DNA of 47,257 nucleotides from an uncultured Alphaproteobacteria bacterium (GCA_964654995.1 CAZZKF010000006.1:7029-54285); one strand, 5' to 3'. Shown: positions 19,981 to 29,715, numbered from the stretch's first letter. The notes: generated by a model from the letters alone, not told the origin. Translations and numbers: made by a program.

Positions 19981-20736
19981 ATGACCGACTCCGTGGAAGA
20001 CGAACAGGACCGCCGCATGGCAAAGGCCGCCACCAATATCATTTTCGAGACCGCGTTTGATGCCGGCGTGTCGGGGCCGCGCGACCCGCGCGACCGCTAT
20101 CTGCAGAACGAGCCGAAGTTCGGCGACAAGGATCTCGAGCGCGCCCGCAAACAGGCCTTCGAGCAGGGTGTCGAGGCCGGCATCGAACAGGCGCGGGCCA
20201 GTTACGAGGCGGAAATGGCGGCGCTGTTCGCCGAGCTCGCCGGTCAGGTTCGCACCATGATCGGCGAACGCGAGGCGCTGGCCGAGGAGCTGCGCTGCGA
20301 AGCCGCGCGCCTGGCCCATGCCATCGCCACCCGGCTGGCGCCGCGCCTCATGCGCGCTCACCCGCTGACCGAGATCGAGGCGATGGTCGGCGACTGCCTG
20401 GCCGAGCGTCATGGCGAGCCGCGGATCGTCATCCGGGTGAGCGAGGATCAGCTCGACGGCCTGCGGGCGCGCCTCGAGCAGATGGCCGAGCAGCATGGCC
20501 TCGCGGATGCCCTGATGCTGCGCGCCGACCCGGACATCGGCGCCGGCAACTGCCGCGTCGAGTGGCAGGACGGCGGCGCCGAGCGCGACGTGGAAAAAAT
20601 TCTCGAGGCGGCGGCGGCAGCGGTCAATCGCTATCTCGAACTGCACGGCAGCGATGTCCCGGTGCACACGGATGTGAACCCCGAGCCCGAGCCGGAAACG
20701 GCTGCGCCGGCTTCGGGCGAAGACGCCACGCGTTGA
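19981..20736 (+). CDS. fliH: Flagellar assembly protein FliH; alternative start at 20017
   Basis: AxxxGxxxG segment ('AFEQGVEAG'), 'EPRIVIRV', 'GNCRVEWQDGGAERD'; lies between fliG and fliN. Confidence 0.85.
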   Translation: MTDSVEDEQDRRMAKAATNIIFETAFDAGVSGPRDPRDRYLQNEPKFGDKDLERARKQAFEQGVEAGIEQARASYEAEMAALFAELAGQVRTMIGEREALAEELRCEAARLAHAIATRLAPRLMRAHPLTEIEAMVGDCLAERHGEPRIVIRVSEDQLDGLRARLEQMAEQHGLADALMLRADPDIGAGNCRVEWQDGGAERDVEKILEAAAAAVNRYLELHGSDVPVHTDVNPEPEPETAAPASGEDATR

Positions 20737-20754
20737 GTTCAAGGAGATCGGACG

Positions 20755-21183
20755 ATGGCAGACGACGACAACAATGTGGAATGGGAGGACCTCGATTCCG
20801 GTGACGGATCGTCCGGCGGCGACGGCGATGGCGAAGCCGCCGGCGAGGGCGCCCCGGAAGACGCCGAAACGACGCCGGAGGTCGCGGCCGGGGACGGCCC
20901 GGACGGTGGCGAGGACGATGACGGCGCCACCCGCACGGCCGCCGATCTCGAAGCGGTGTTCGACATCCCGGTCAAGGTCTCGGCGGTGCTCGGCAAATGC
21001 AACCTCCAGGTCGCTGAGCTGATGAAGCTGGGCCGCGGGGCGGTGATCGAGCTCGACCGCAAGGTTGGCGAGGCCATCGACGTCTACGTGAACAACCGGC
21101 TGGTTGCCCGCGGTGAGGTGGTTCTGGTCGAGGACCGCCTGGGCGTGACCATGACCGAGATTATCAAGGTCGATCACAAGTAG
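20755..21183 (+). CDS. fliN: Flagellar motor switch protein
   Basis: SpoA domain 'DIPVKVSAVLG...ELDRKVGEAIDVYVNNRLVARGEVV'; acidic N-terminal extension. Confidence 0.95.
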   Translation: MADDDNNVEWEDLDSGDGSSGGDGDGEAAGEGAPEDAETTPEVAAGDGPDGGEDDDGATRTAADLEAVFDIPVKVSAVLGKCNLQVAELMKLGRGAVIELDRKVGEAIDVYVNNRLVARGEVVLVEDRLGVTMTEIIKVDHK

Positions 21184-21213
21184 CCCGGCCCGGATGTTGC
21201 GAGGACAACCGTC

Positions 21214-21996
21214 ATGAACCGTGCACGCGTCGATCTGGTCACCGTCCTGGGGCTGGCTGCCGGCTTCGGCCTGGTCATCAGCGCCATGGTCATGGGCGGC
21301 TCGCCGGGCGCGTTTTTCGATGTACCTTCGCTGCTGATCGTTCTCGGCGGCACCACGGCGGTGACCGTCGCCAGTTTCTCGATGGACGAGATCCGGGCCG
21401 CCGGCAAGGCGATGGCGCGGGCCGTGACCCACAACCGCAAGGATCCGCGCCGGGCCGCCCGGACGATCATTCGCCTCTCCGAGAAAGCCCGCAAGGACGG
21501 CATTCTGGCGCTCCAGGAGCTGTCGCCGACATTCCGCCAGGACCCCTTTCTGGAGCGTGCCATGAGCCTGGTGATCGACGGCGCGCCGACTGCGGAGGTC
21601 GAGAAGATCCTTCACAGCGAGGTCCGCGCGATGACCGCGCGCCACGCCAAGGGCGCGCAGATTCTGCGCCGCGCCGCCGAGGTCGCGCCGGCCATGGGCC
21701 TGATCGGAACGCTGGTCGGCCTGGTGCAGATGCTCGGCAACCTCGACGATCCCTCGCGCATCGGCCCGGCCATGGCGGTGGCCCTGCTGACCACTTTCTA
21801 TGGCGCCGTACTCGCCAACATGGTGTTCACGCCGCTGGCCAACAAGCTGGAGCGCAACTCCGACGAGGAAACCCTGATGAACACGGTTTACGCGGTCGGA
21901 GCGACCTCGATCGGACGGCGGGAGAACCCCCGCCGCCTCGAAATGCTGCTCAACGCCCTGCTGCCCCCGTCGCAGCGGGTCCGGCACTTCAGATAG
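21214..21996 (+). CDS. motA: Flagellar stator A subunit (MotA/PomA family)
   Basis: 'PSLLIVLGGT', 'APAMGLIGTLVGLVQML', 'GPAMAVALLTTFYG'. Confidence 0.9.
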   Translation: MNRARVDLVTVLGLAAGFGLVISAMVMGGSPGAFFDVPSLLIVLGGTTAVTVASFSMDEIRAAGKAMARAVTHNRKDPRRAARTIIRLSEKARKDGILALQELSPTFRQDPFLERAMSLVIDGAPTAEVEKILHSEVRAMTARHAKGAQILRRAAEVAPAMGLIGTLVGLVQMLGNLDDPSRIGPAMAVALLTTFYGAVLANMVFTPLANKLERNSDEETLMNTVYAVGATSIGRRENPRRLEMLLNALLPPSQRVRHFR

Positions 21997-22017
21997 CTCA
22001 ACCGGGAGAGACCGAAA

Positions 22018-23385
22018 ATGCGTCTTTTGATGATTGGAACCTTGAGCGGCCAGCTCGGAGAAGCGACCAAGATCGCCATGAGCCGCGGTGCCAAGGTCTC
22101 GCATGCGCCGGACATCGAAGCGGCGCTTTCGGCGCTGCGATCCGGACACGGCGCCGATCTGGCGATGATCGACGTGCACGCCGATATCCGCGGCTTCATC
22201 GATGGCGCCGCGGCCGAGCACATCTTCATCCCCGTGGTCGCCTGCGGCATCGGCGCCGACACCAAGGCGGCGGTGGCGGCAATCAAGGCCGGCGCCAAGG
22301 AATATCTGCCGCTTCCCCCCGAAGCCGAGCTCATCGCCGCGGTGCTCGAAGCGGTGGCCGATGACGATCATCCGCTGCTGTTCCGGGATCCGGCAATGGC
22401 CAAGGTGGTTGAATTGGCCGATCAGGTGGCGAAAAGCGAGGCCAGCATCCTGATCACCGGCGAATCCGGTACCGGCAAGGAGGTTCTGGCCCGCTACGTC
22501 CACCGCAAGAGCCGGCGCGAGGACAAGCCGTTTGTTTCGGTCAACTGCGCGGCAATCCCCGAGAACCTGCTGGAATCCGAGCTGTTCGGCCATGAAAAGG
22601 GCGCCTTTACCGGCGCCGTGGCGCGCCGCATCGGCAAGTTCGAGGAGGCCAACACGGGCACCCTTCTGCTCGATGAAATCAGCGAGATGGACCCGCGTCT
22701 GCAGGCCAAGCTGCTGCGTGCCATCCAGGAGCGCGAGATCGACCGGGTCGGCGGCGGCAAACCGGTGCCGGTGGATATCCGGGTGCTGGCGACCTCCAAC
22801 CGCGACCTTGTCGAAGAGGTGAAGAAAGGGCGTTTTCGCGAGGACCTTCTGTTCCGCCTCAATGTCGTCAATCTCAAGATCCCGGCGCTGCGCGAGCGCC
22901 CCGAGGACATCCGCCTGCTGGCCAAGCATTTTGCCAAGAAGTATGCCGAAGCCAACGGCGTGGCGATCCGGCCGCTGGCCAAGGAAACCCTCGATCAACT
23001 GGTGGCGCACAGCTGGCCGGGCAACGTCCGGGAGCTCGAGAACACCATTCACCGCGCCGTGCTGCTGGCCACCGGCGACTATATCGGCCCCGATGCCATC
23101 CTGCTGCCCGACGGCAGCCCGCATGGCGCGCTGGGCGCCGGCCAGAGCGCAAACGGCCGCGCCCAGTCGGTGGCCGCCAATTCCGGCGCCCTGATCGGCC
23201 GCACGGTGGCCGAGGTCGAACGCGATCTGATTCTCGAAACCCTGCGCCACTATCTCGGCAACCGGACGCATGCCGCCAACATCCTCGGCATCTCGATCCG
23301 CACGCTGCGCAACAAGCTCAAGCAGTACAGCGAGGAGGGCATTCCCGTGCCGATGCCGGGCGAGCCGCCGCGGGTGTCGTTCTGA
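22018..23385 (+). CDS. flbD: Sigma54-dependent flagellar transcriptional activator
   Basis: Atypical receiver lacking the N-terminal acidic pair; AAA+ domain with GESGTGKE and GAFTGA; Fis-type HTH 'NRTHAANILGISIRTLRNKL'. Confidence 0.92.
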   Translation: MRLLMIGTLSGQLGEATKIAMSRGAKVSHAPDIEAALSALRSGHGADLAMIDVHADIRGFIDGAAAEHIFIPVVACGIGADTKAAVAAIKAGAKEYLPLPPEAELIAAVLEAVADDDHPLLFRDPAMAKVVELADQVAKSEASILITGESGTGKEVLARYVHRKSRREDKPFVSVNCAAIPENLLESELFGHEKGAFTGAVARRIGKFEEANTGTLLLDEISEMDPRLQAKLLRAIQEREIDRVGGGKPVPVDIRVLATSNRDLVEEVKKGRFREDLLFRLNVVNLKIPALRERPEDIRLLAKHFAKKYAEANGVAIRPLAKETLDQLVAHSWPGNVRELENTIHRAVLLATGDYIGPDAILLPDGSPHGALGAGQSANGRAQSVAANSGALIGRTVAEVERDLILETLRHYLGNRTHAANILGISIRTLRNKLKQYSEEGIPVPMPGEPPRVSF

Positions 23386-23465
23386 ATGAGCACACAAGGG
23401 ATCAACCGACGACCGCGCTGCAACGGCAAACGAGCGCGGGTAGTCGCGCCGAAATGTAGGCTTTC

Positions 23466-25577
23466 ATGACTGACGTCGCCACACAACCGACGGAACCAGG
23501 CGCCGGCGCCGATTTCATGAGCCGGCTGAGCGCCACGCTGCGCCAGGGCGACATCGCGCTGGCCCTCGGCGTGGTGTGCATTCTGGTGGTCCTGGTGCTG
23601 CCGATGCCGAGCTGGCTGCTCGATTTTTCGCTGGCGATTTCGTTTACCTTCGCGGTGCTGATTCTGATGACCTGCCTGTTCATCCGAACGCCGCTGGAAT
23701 TCAGTTCGTTCCCGACGGTGCTGCTGATCGCGACGATGCTGCGCCTGGCGCTGAACATGGCCTCGACCCGGCTGATTTTGTCCAAGGGACATGAAGGGAC
23801 CAGCGCTGCGGGCCATGTGATTCAGGCCTTCGGCGACTTCGTGATGAGCGGCAATTTCGTCATCGGCCTGATCGTGTTCGCGATTCTGGTGATCGTGAAT
23901 TTCGTCGTCATCACCAAGGGCTCGGGCCGCATCGCCGAGGTTGCCGCCCGCTTCAGCCTGGACGCCATGCCGGGCAAGCAGATGGCGATCGACGCCGACC
24001 TCTCGGCCGGCCTGATCGACGAGCAGGAAGCCCGCCTGCGCCGCACCAAACTGGAGGATGAAAGCAATTTCTTCGGGGCCATGGACGGCGCCGCCAAATT
24101 CGTGCGCGGCGACGCCATTGCCGGCCTGCTGATCACCTTCATCAACATCCTCGGCGGCATCGTCATCGGTGTCGCCCAGAAGGATCTGAGCTTTACCCAG
24201 GCCAGCGAGACCTACACCGTGCTCACCGTCGGCGACGGGCTGGTCACCCAGATCCCGGCGCTGATCGTCTCGATCGCCGCCGGTCTTCTGGTCTCCAAGG
24301 CGGGCGTCGTCGGCTCGGCCGACAAGGCCCTGTTCGATCAGCTCGGCGGCTATCCGCGGGCGATGGGCCTGAGCTCGTTCCTGACGCTGTCGCTGTCGCT
24401 GCTGCCGGGCATTCCGGTGATCCCCTTCCTGGCGCTTTCGGGGTTGACCGGCTGGGTCGCCTGGGCCACCGCGCGGCGACAGCGCGAGGCGCTGGCCGAG
24501 GCCGAACAGGCGGACACCGAGGCCCAGGCGGCCACGCCGCTCGAAGAGCCGATCACCAGTGCGCTGGTCATCGACCAGCTTCGCCTCGAGCTCGGCTACG
24601 GCCTGCTGCCGCTGATCAACGACACCGGCGAGTACCGCCTGACCGACCAGATCAAGGCGCTGCGCCGGCAACTGGCGGCCGAGTTCGGCTTCGTCATGCC
24701 CTCGGTGCGCATCCTCGACAACATGCAACTGCCGTCGACCACCTATGTCATCCGGGTCAAGGAGCAGGAGGCCGGGCGCGGGGATTTGCGCCCCAACATG
24801 CTGCTGGTCATGGACCCGCGCGGCGAACCGGTGGCGCTGGCCGGCGAGGAGACCCGCGAGCCGACCTTCGGCCTGCCGGCGACCTGGGTCGACCAGTCGC
24901 TGCGCGAGGAAGCCTCGTTCCGCGGCTATACGGTGGTCGATCCGTCGACCGTGATCACCACGCATTTGACCGAAATCATGAAGGACAACATGTCGGAACT
25001 GTTGTCCTACGCCGAGACCCAGAAGCTGCTCGACGACCTGCCCAAGGAGCACCAGAAGCTGATCGCCGATCTGATCCCGCAGCAGATTTCATTGCACAGT
25101 GTCCAGCGGGTCCTCCAGCACCTGCTGGCCGAGCGCATTTCGATCCGCGATCTGCCGACCATCCTCGAGGGCATCGCCGAGGCCACCGGCTTTACCCAGA
25201 ACATCATCATGATCACCGAGCACGTGCGCGCCCGCCTGGCCCGCCAGATCAGTGCCCAGCACACGACGAGCGAGGGCTATATCCCGCTGGTGACGCTGTC
25301 GCCCGAATGGGAGCAGGCGTTCGCCGAGGCATTGATCGGCCAGGGCGAGGACAAGCAGCTCAGCATGCCGCCGACCCGGCTTCAGGAATTCATCGACCGG
25401 GTGCGGGTCACCTTCGAGCAGCAGGCGCTCACCGGCCAGTTGCCGTGCCTGCTCACCAGCCCCGGCATCCGTCCCTATGTGCGCTCGATCATCGAGCGGT
25501 TCCGGCCGGCAACGGTGGTGCTCTCCCAGAATGAGATCCACGCCAAGGCGCGGATCCGCACGCTGGCGCAGATCTAG
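23466..25577 (+). CDS. flhA: Flagellar export gate protein
   Basis: FHIPEP motif 'RIAEVAARFSLDAMPGKQMAIDADL', 'FFGAMDGAAKFVRGDA'. Confidence 0.97.
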   Translation: MTDVATQPTEPGAGADFMSRLSATLRQGDIALALGVVCILVVLVLPMPSWLLDFSLAISFTFAVLILMTCLFIRTPLEFSSFPTVLLIATMLRLALNMASTRLILSKGHEGTSAAGHVIQAFGDFVMSGNFVIGLIVFAILVIVNFVVITKGSGRIAEVAARFSLDAMPGKQMAIDADLSAGLIDEQEARLRRTKLEDESNFFGAMDGAAKFVRGDAIAGLLITFINILGGIVIGVAQKDLSFTQASETYTVLTVGDGLVTQIPALIVSIAAGLLVSKAGVVGSADKALFDQLGGYPRAMGLSSFLTLSLSLLPGIPVIPFLALSGLTGWVAWATARRQREALAEAEQADTEAQAATPLEEPITSALVIDQLRLELGYGLLPLINDTGEYRLTDQIKALRRQLAAEFGFVMPSVRILDNMQLPSTTYVIRVKEQEAGRGDLRPNMLLVMDPRGEPVALAGEETREPTFGLPATWVDQSLREEASFRGYTVVDPSTVITTHLTEIMKDNMSELLSYAETQKLLDDLPKEHQKLIADLIPQQISLHSVQRVLQHLLAERISIRDLPTILEGIAEATGFTQNIIMITEHVRARLARQISAQHTTSEGYIPLVTLSPEWEQAFAEALIGQGEDKQLSMPPTRLQEFIDRVRVTFEQQALTGQLPCLLTSPGIRPYVRSIIERFRPATVVLSQNEIHAKARIRTLAQI

Positions 25578-25594
25578 AGCGGAGGCCCGGAGAG

Positions 25595-26611
25595 ATGCGT
25601 CTCAAGACGTTTACGGCAGCGAGCATGGCCGAAGCGATGGCCAGGATCCGCGAGACCATGGGACCGGATGCGATCATCGTCTCGCAGACCCGCAACCGGC
25701 TGGGCAACCGGGTGACAGTCACCGCCGCCATCGAGCCCGACCGCGTACCGCCGCCCCAACCGGCGGCAAGACCCACCAACGCACGCCCGGCCCCGGCCGA
25801 AGGACAGTCCCGCGAACCGGTCAGCGCCAGGGCAATCGAAGAGGTGCTGACCTTTCATCGCGTGCCGGCCAGGCTGGCCGGGCATCTCGCCCGTCTGGCC
25901 GGCAATCGCGATTCCGAGAACAATGTCACGGCGCTGGCCGCAGCATTCGATGCCATGTTCCGTTTCGCTCCGTTGCCAAGTCCGCCGCCACGACCGGTCA
26001 TGCTGATCGGGCCGACCGGGGTGGGCAAGACCGCGACGGCGGCCAAGCTGGCGGTGCGCGCGGTGATCGATCAGCAGGCGGTTTCGGTGGCCACCACCGA
26101 TGTCGTTCGTGCCGCCGCCGTCGATCAGCTGGCGGCACTGCTGGGCGTCCTGCAGATCCCGCTCGCCACCGCCAAGACACCTGATGAGCTGGCCGCACTG
26201 CTGGCCGGTGCGAACGAGACGCCGCCGGTCCAGGTGATCGACAGCCCCGGCGCCAACCCCTTCGATGCCAGCGAAATCCGCGATCTCGAAGACATGATCG
26301 GAGCGGCCGAGGTCGATCCGGTGCTGGTGCTGGCCGCCGGCATGGATCCGATCGAGACCAGCGAAATCGTCGAGATCTTCGCCGCCATCGGGGCGCGGCG
26401 CATGATCTTCACCCGCCTTGATGCGGCCCGCCGTCTCGGCTCCCTGCTGGCCGCCGCCGACGCCGGGCGACTGGCCTTTGCCGATGTCAGCCAATCCCCC
26501 TATGTCGCCGAGACCCTGGAGCCGCTCAACCCGCTCTCCCTGGCCAGGCTGTTCTGGACCCAGGGCCGGCGCGCGCGCACGCAACCCAAGCAGACGGTGG
26601 CGAACGGATGA
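25595..26611 (+). CDS. flhF: SRP-type GTPase FlhF (short, divergent)
   Basis: 'MRLKTFTAASMAEAM..IRE.MGPDAIIVS' N-terminus; GPTGVGKT, DSPG, TRLD; between flhA and flhG. Confidence 0.85.
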   Translation: MRLKTFTAASMAEAMARIRETMGPDAIIVSQTRNRLGNRVTVTAAIEPDRVPPPQPAARPTNARPAPAEGQSREPVSARAIEEVLTFHRVPARLAGHLARLAGNRDSENNVTALAAAFDAMFRFAPLPSPPPRPVMLIGPTGVGKTATAAKLAVRAVIDQQAVSVATTDVVRAAAVDQLAALLGVLQIPLATAKTPDELAALLAGANETPPVQVIDSPGANPFDASEIRDLEDMIGAAEVDPVLVLAAGMDPIETSEIVEIFAAIGARRMIFTRLDAARRLGSLLAAADAGRLAFADVSQSPYVAETLEPLNPLSLARLFWTQGRRARTQPKQTVANG

Positions 26612-27399
26612 AAATGCATGTGAATACCGAAGTTCAGGCGCCCCGGACGGCGCTTGGCGACAACATCATCGCAATTGCGTCCGGCAAGGGCGGCGTCGGC
26701 AAGACCTGGATTGCCGTCACCCTGTGCCACGTGCTGGCGCGCGCCGGCAGAAAGGTGCTGCTGTTCGACGGTGACCTCGGGCTCGCCAATGTCGATATCC
26801 AGCTGGGGCTGATGCCCGAGCGCGACCTTGGCAATGTCGTCTCGCAGGGGCTCGATCTGCGCTCGGCGGTGACCCCCTTCGTCGACGACAACGGCAAGGG
26901 CTTCGACATCATCGCCGGCAAGTCGGGGTCCGGCGCCCTGGCGGCGCTCGGCCGGCCCCAGCTCAAGGCGCTGCGCAACGAGCTGATGATGCTCTCGCGC
27001 GCCTATGACCGGGTGATCCTCGACCTCGGCGCCGGCGTCGAAAGCGCGGTGACCACACTGGCCACCAACCGCGGGCGCTCGCTGGTGGTGATTACCGACG
27101 AGCCGACCTCGCTGACCGATGCCTATGCGTTTATCAAGCTGCATGCCATGCGCGAGCGCCACGCCGACATCCGCATCGTCGTCAACATGGCGCGCTCGCG
27201 CAAGGACGGCGAGCGAACCTATGCAACGCTGAAGCGCGCCTGCGAAACCTTTCTCAAGCTTTCGCCACCGCTTGCCGGCATTGTGCGCCGCGACGACAAG
27301 GTGGCGGACGCCATCCGCCGGCAGGTGCCGATCCTCGCCCGCCATCCCCTGAGCGACGCCGCCGTCGACCTCGAGCGTCTGGCCCGGTCCCTGGAGTAG
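26608..27399 (+). CDS. flhG: MinD/ParA-family ATPase FlhG/FleN
   Basis: 'IAIASGKGGVGKT', 'DGDLGLANVD', 'EPTSLTDAYAFIK'. Confidence 0.9.
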   Translation: MKMHVNTEVQAPRTALGDNIIAIASGKGGVGKTWIAVTLCHVLARAGRKVLLFDGDLGLANVDIQLGLMPERDLGNVVSQGLDLRSAVTPFVDDNGKGFDIIAGKSGSGALAALGRPQLKALRNELMMLSRAYDRVILDLGAGVESAVTTLATNRGRSLVVITDEPTSLTDAYAFIKLHAMRERHADIRIVVNMARSRKDGERTYATLKRACETFLKLSPPLAGIVRRDDKVADAIRRQVPILARHPLSDAAVDLERLARSLE

Positions 27400-27403
27400 A
27401 GCG

Positions 27404-29251
27404 GTGAACGAACTCACCACACCGCCGCCGTCGGCTGCACCCGGCACCCGTCCGCAGGTGCAGGCGCCGGCGTCGACTTCCGACAACCCGTCGCCGCAGC
27501 AGCAGTCGATGGAAGGCGGCGAACGGGCGCCGCCTGAGCAGACCGAGGCGCAAGCCCCGCGCGGTCACGATCCGGCGGTGGTGGTCTCGGCCAAGCTGAC
27601 GCAACTCGCTCCGGGGGCGGAGCTCACCGTCCAGGTGTCCGGCACCAATGCCGAGGGCCTGTTGCGCCTCACTTCCGAGCTCGGCACCCTGGTGACGGCA
27701 CCCGAGCCCGAGCTTGCCGCCGCCACCCGCCTGGTGTTGCGCATCGTCGCGGTCGACGCCACGGTCAAGGCGCTGGTTCTGGCGATCGACGGCGAGGCCC
27801 GGCAGCAGCCGCCAACAATCGAGCTGACGCTGACCCGCCTCGCCCGCGTATCGGTCCCTGCCGAGCCGGCATCACCACCCGCCCCGGCCCTGCCGGCCAA
27901 CCCGACGCCAACTGCGTCGACCTATGCGCCGGCGCCCGAGGCCGTTGCCCAGCTCCTCTCGCAATCCGCCCCGCTCCCGGCCATCGCCGGCCGCACGGCA
28001 CAGCCGGACGCACCGGCGCCGCCAGCCGTGGTCGCGCCAGGCACCCGGGTAACGGCGACCATCGTCGGTGAGCGATCAACCGCACCCGAGGCCGAACCGA
28101 CGACAGCCGCGTCAGCCCGCGCGTCCGCACCGCCGGCGCCGTTGCACGCCGGTACCGAGCTGGTGCTGTCCCTGCTCTCGCATCGCCCGGGGGGAGGCGA
28201 GGTATCGGCGGAGAGCGCCGGGCCGCGGTCCGCCATCGCCGCTCCGGCCGCCCCGGCCCAACTCGAAGGCCTGAAGATCGAAGCCGTGGTGACAGCGGAG
28301 GTCGGCCAACGGGCCGCCGAGGTGGCGCAGTCCCTGACCCGGGTCCGCGGCCGGATCGGTGATACGGCGGAGGCTACCAAGCCGGTGCTGCTGCAAACCG
28401 GCATCGGCGTCATCGAGGCGCAGATGCCGGCCTCGGTCGCGGTCGGCGACGTGCTGACCACGCAGGTGATCACGGCGATCCCGGCGGCGACTGGCGTCGC
28501 CGATGGCGCCCGGCCGCTGCCACCCGAGGATTTTCAGTTCCTGGCTGCGGCGAGCCAGGGCTGGCCGGCGCTTGACGAGGCGCTGGAGACCATCAACCAG
28601 ACCGCCCCCGGCATCGCCCGGACGCTTGGCCAGACGGTGATTCCCGGCGTGCGGGCGCCGCTGGGTCCGAGTCTGCTGTTCTTCCTTGTCGCCCTGCGGC
28701 TGGCGGCACCCCGGGAGTGGCTGGGACCGGAGGCAGCCGCGGCGCTCAACCGGGCCGGGCGGTCCGATCTTCTGCGCCGCCTCGGCGATGACATGGCCCG
28801 CCTGCTGAACCTCGCCAGCAATGGGCCCGCCAACCAGTGGCGCCCGATCGTGCTCCCCTTCCACGACGGTCAGGGGCTGGTGCCGCTGACCCTCTATGTC
28901 CACCGCCCCGACGATGACGAGGCGAGGAACCGGGACGATCCGGATACCGGCGGCGATGACGACCGCAAGCGGGGCAGCCTGCGATTCGTCCTCGATCTCG
29001 ATCTCTCGCGACTCGGCGCCCTGCAGCTCGACGGCCTGGTGGCGAACGAACGCTTCGATCTGATTCTGCGCAGCCGGCAGGGCCTTGACGAATCGCTGCG
29101 CCAGACGCTGACTCGAATCTTTCATGACAGCAACGCCAGCACCGGCCTTGCAGGCGACATCGTGTTCGAGACCGGCGCACCGTTTCCGGTGGCGCCGATT
29201 CACGATCTCGCCCCGGCCGCCGGCGCCCCGGGCCGTGACACCCGCATTTGA
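27404..29251 (+). CDS. Hypothetical Ala/Pro-rich protein with a FliK-like C-terminal domain
   Basis: 615 aa ORF starting 4 nt after flhG; C-terminal 'RFVLDLDLSRLGALQLDGLV...FDLILRS' resembles FliK C-terminal domains. Confidence 0.6.
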   Translation: MNELTTPPPSAAPGTRPQVQAPASTSDNPSPQQQSMEGGERAPPEQTEAQAPRGHDPAVVVSAKLTQLAPGAELTVQVSGTNAEGLLRLTSELGTLVTAPEPELAAATRLVLRIVAVDATVKALVLAIDGEARQQPPTIELTLTRLARVSVPAEPASPPAPALPANPTPTASTYAPAPEAVAQLLSQSAPLPAIAGRTAQPDAPAPPAVVAPGTRVTATIVGERSTAPEAEPTTAASARASAPPAPLHAGTELVLSLLSHRPGGGEVSAESAGPRSAIAAPAAPAQLEGLKIEAVVTAEVGQRAAEVAQSLTRVRGRIGDTAEATKPVLLQTGIGVIEAQMPASVAVGDVLTTQVITAIPAATGVADGARPLPPEDFQFLAAASQGWPALDEALETINQTAPGIARTLGQTVIPGVRAPLGPSLLFFLVALRLAAPREWLGPEAAAALNRAGRSDLLRRLGDDMARLLNLASNGPANQWRPIVLPFHDGQGLVPLTLYVHRPDDDEARNRDDPDTGGDDDRKRGSLRFVLDLDLSRLGALQLDGLVANERFDLILRSRQGLDESLRQTLTRIFHDSNASTGLAGDIVFETGAPFPVAPIHDLAPAAGAPGRDTRI

Positions 29252-29283
29252 ATTTGAAGGCCCGCACCTGAAGGAATGACGCC

Positions 29284-29709
29284 ATGGCACTGACAACCGA
29301 CGCCGACATCCTCGACCGGCGCAATGCGCTCGCGGTTCTCGACAACCCGAGCCCGGAGCTCGACTACGTGGTGACCTTGAACGCGGTGGCGATGCTGCAG
29401 GGTCTGCCCGATTCGGTGCGTCTGCGGATCCGTTACGTGCCCGACCAGCTGATTCTCGATCCCGGCTCGCTCGACCGCTACATCGAGGCGCTGCGAAACC
29501 AGAGCTGGTCATCGCTCGAGGAGACCGGAGCGGCGATTCTCACCGACCTCGGCAACGAGCTGGTGGCGCGGTGGACGGAAGTGATGCTGGAGACCCGGCG
29601 AACCGGCACCAATCAGGGGACGCTGGCCGAAAACCACCATGTCCTGCTGCTGACCGACCATCAGCCGGACTGGAACAATCCGACGCTGCTCGAGCGGCTG
29701 CCGCTGTGA
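29284..29709 (+). CDS. Hypothetical protein with a QueF-like (T-fold) sequence pattern and no cysteine
   Basis: 'NPSPELDYVV', 'GLPD', 'IRYVPDQLILDPGSLDRY', 'LEE..AILTDL..L.ARW.EV' follow the QueF motif order; AAGGA upstream. Confidence 0.6.
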   Translation: MALTTDADILDRRNALAVLDNPSPELDYVVTLNAVAMLQGLPDSVRLRIRYVPDQLILDPGSLDRYIEALRNQSWSSLEETGAAILTDLGNELVARWTEVMLETRRTGTNQGTLAENHHVLLLTDHQPDWNNPTLLERLPL

Positions 29710-29715
29710 CCGGCT

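Noticed and set aside
22018-22350. Degenerate receiver domain in FlbD
   Set aside because: Loss of the N-terminal acidic pair is a known feature of FlbD, not a novelty
19930-23397. 1155-aa minus-strand ORF and similar long ORFs (5862-8090, 17104-18900, 23250-25052, 35854-38127, 41395-43884)
   Set aside because: They lie antisense to well-supported genes, show no recognisable motifs and are the expected stop-poor shadows of high-GC coding sequence
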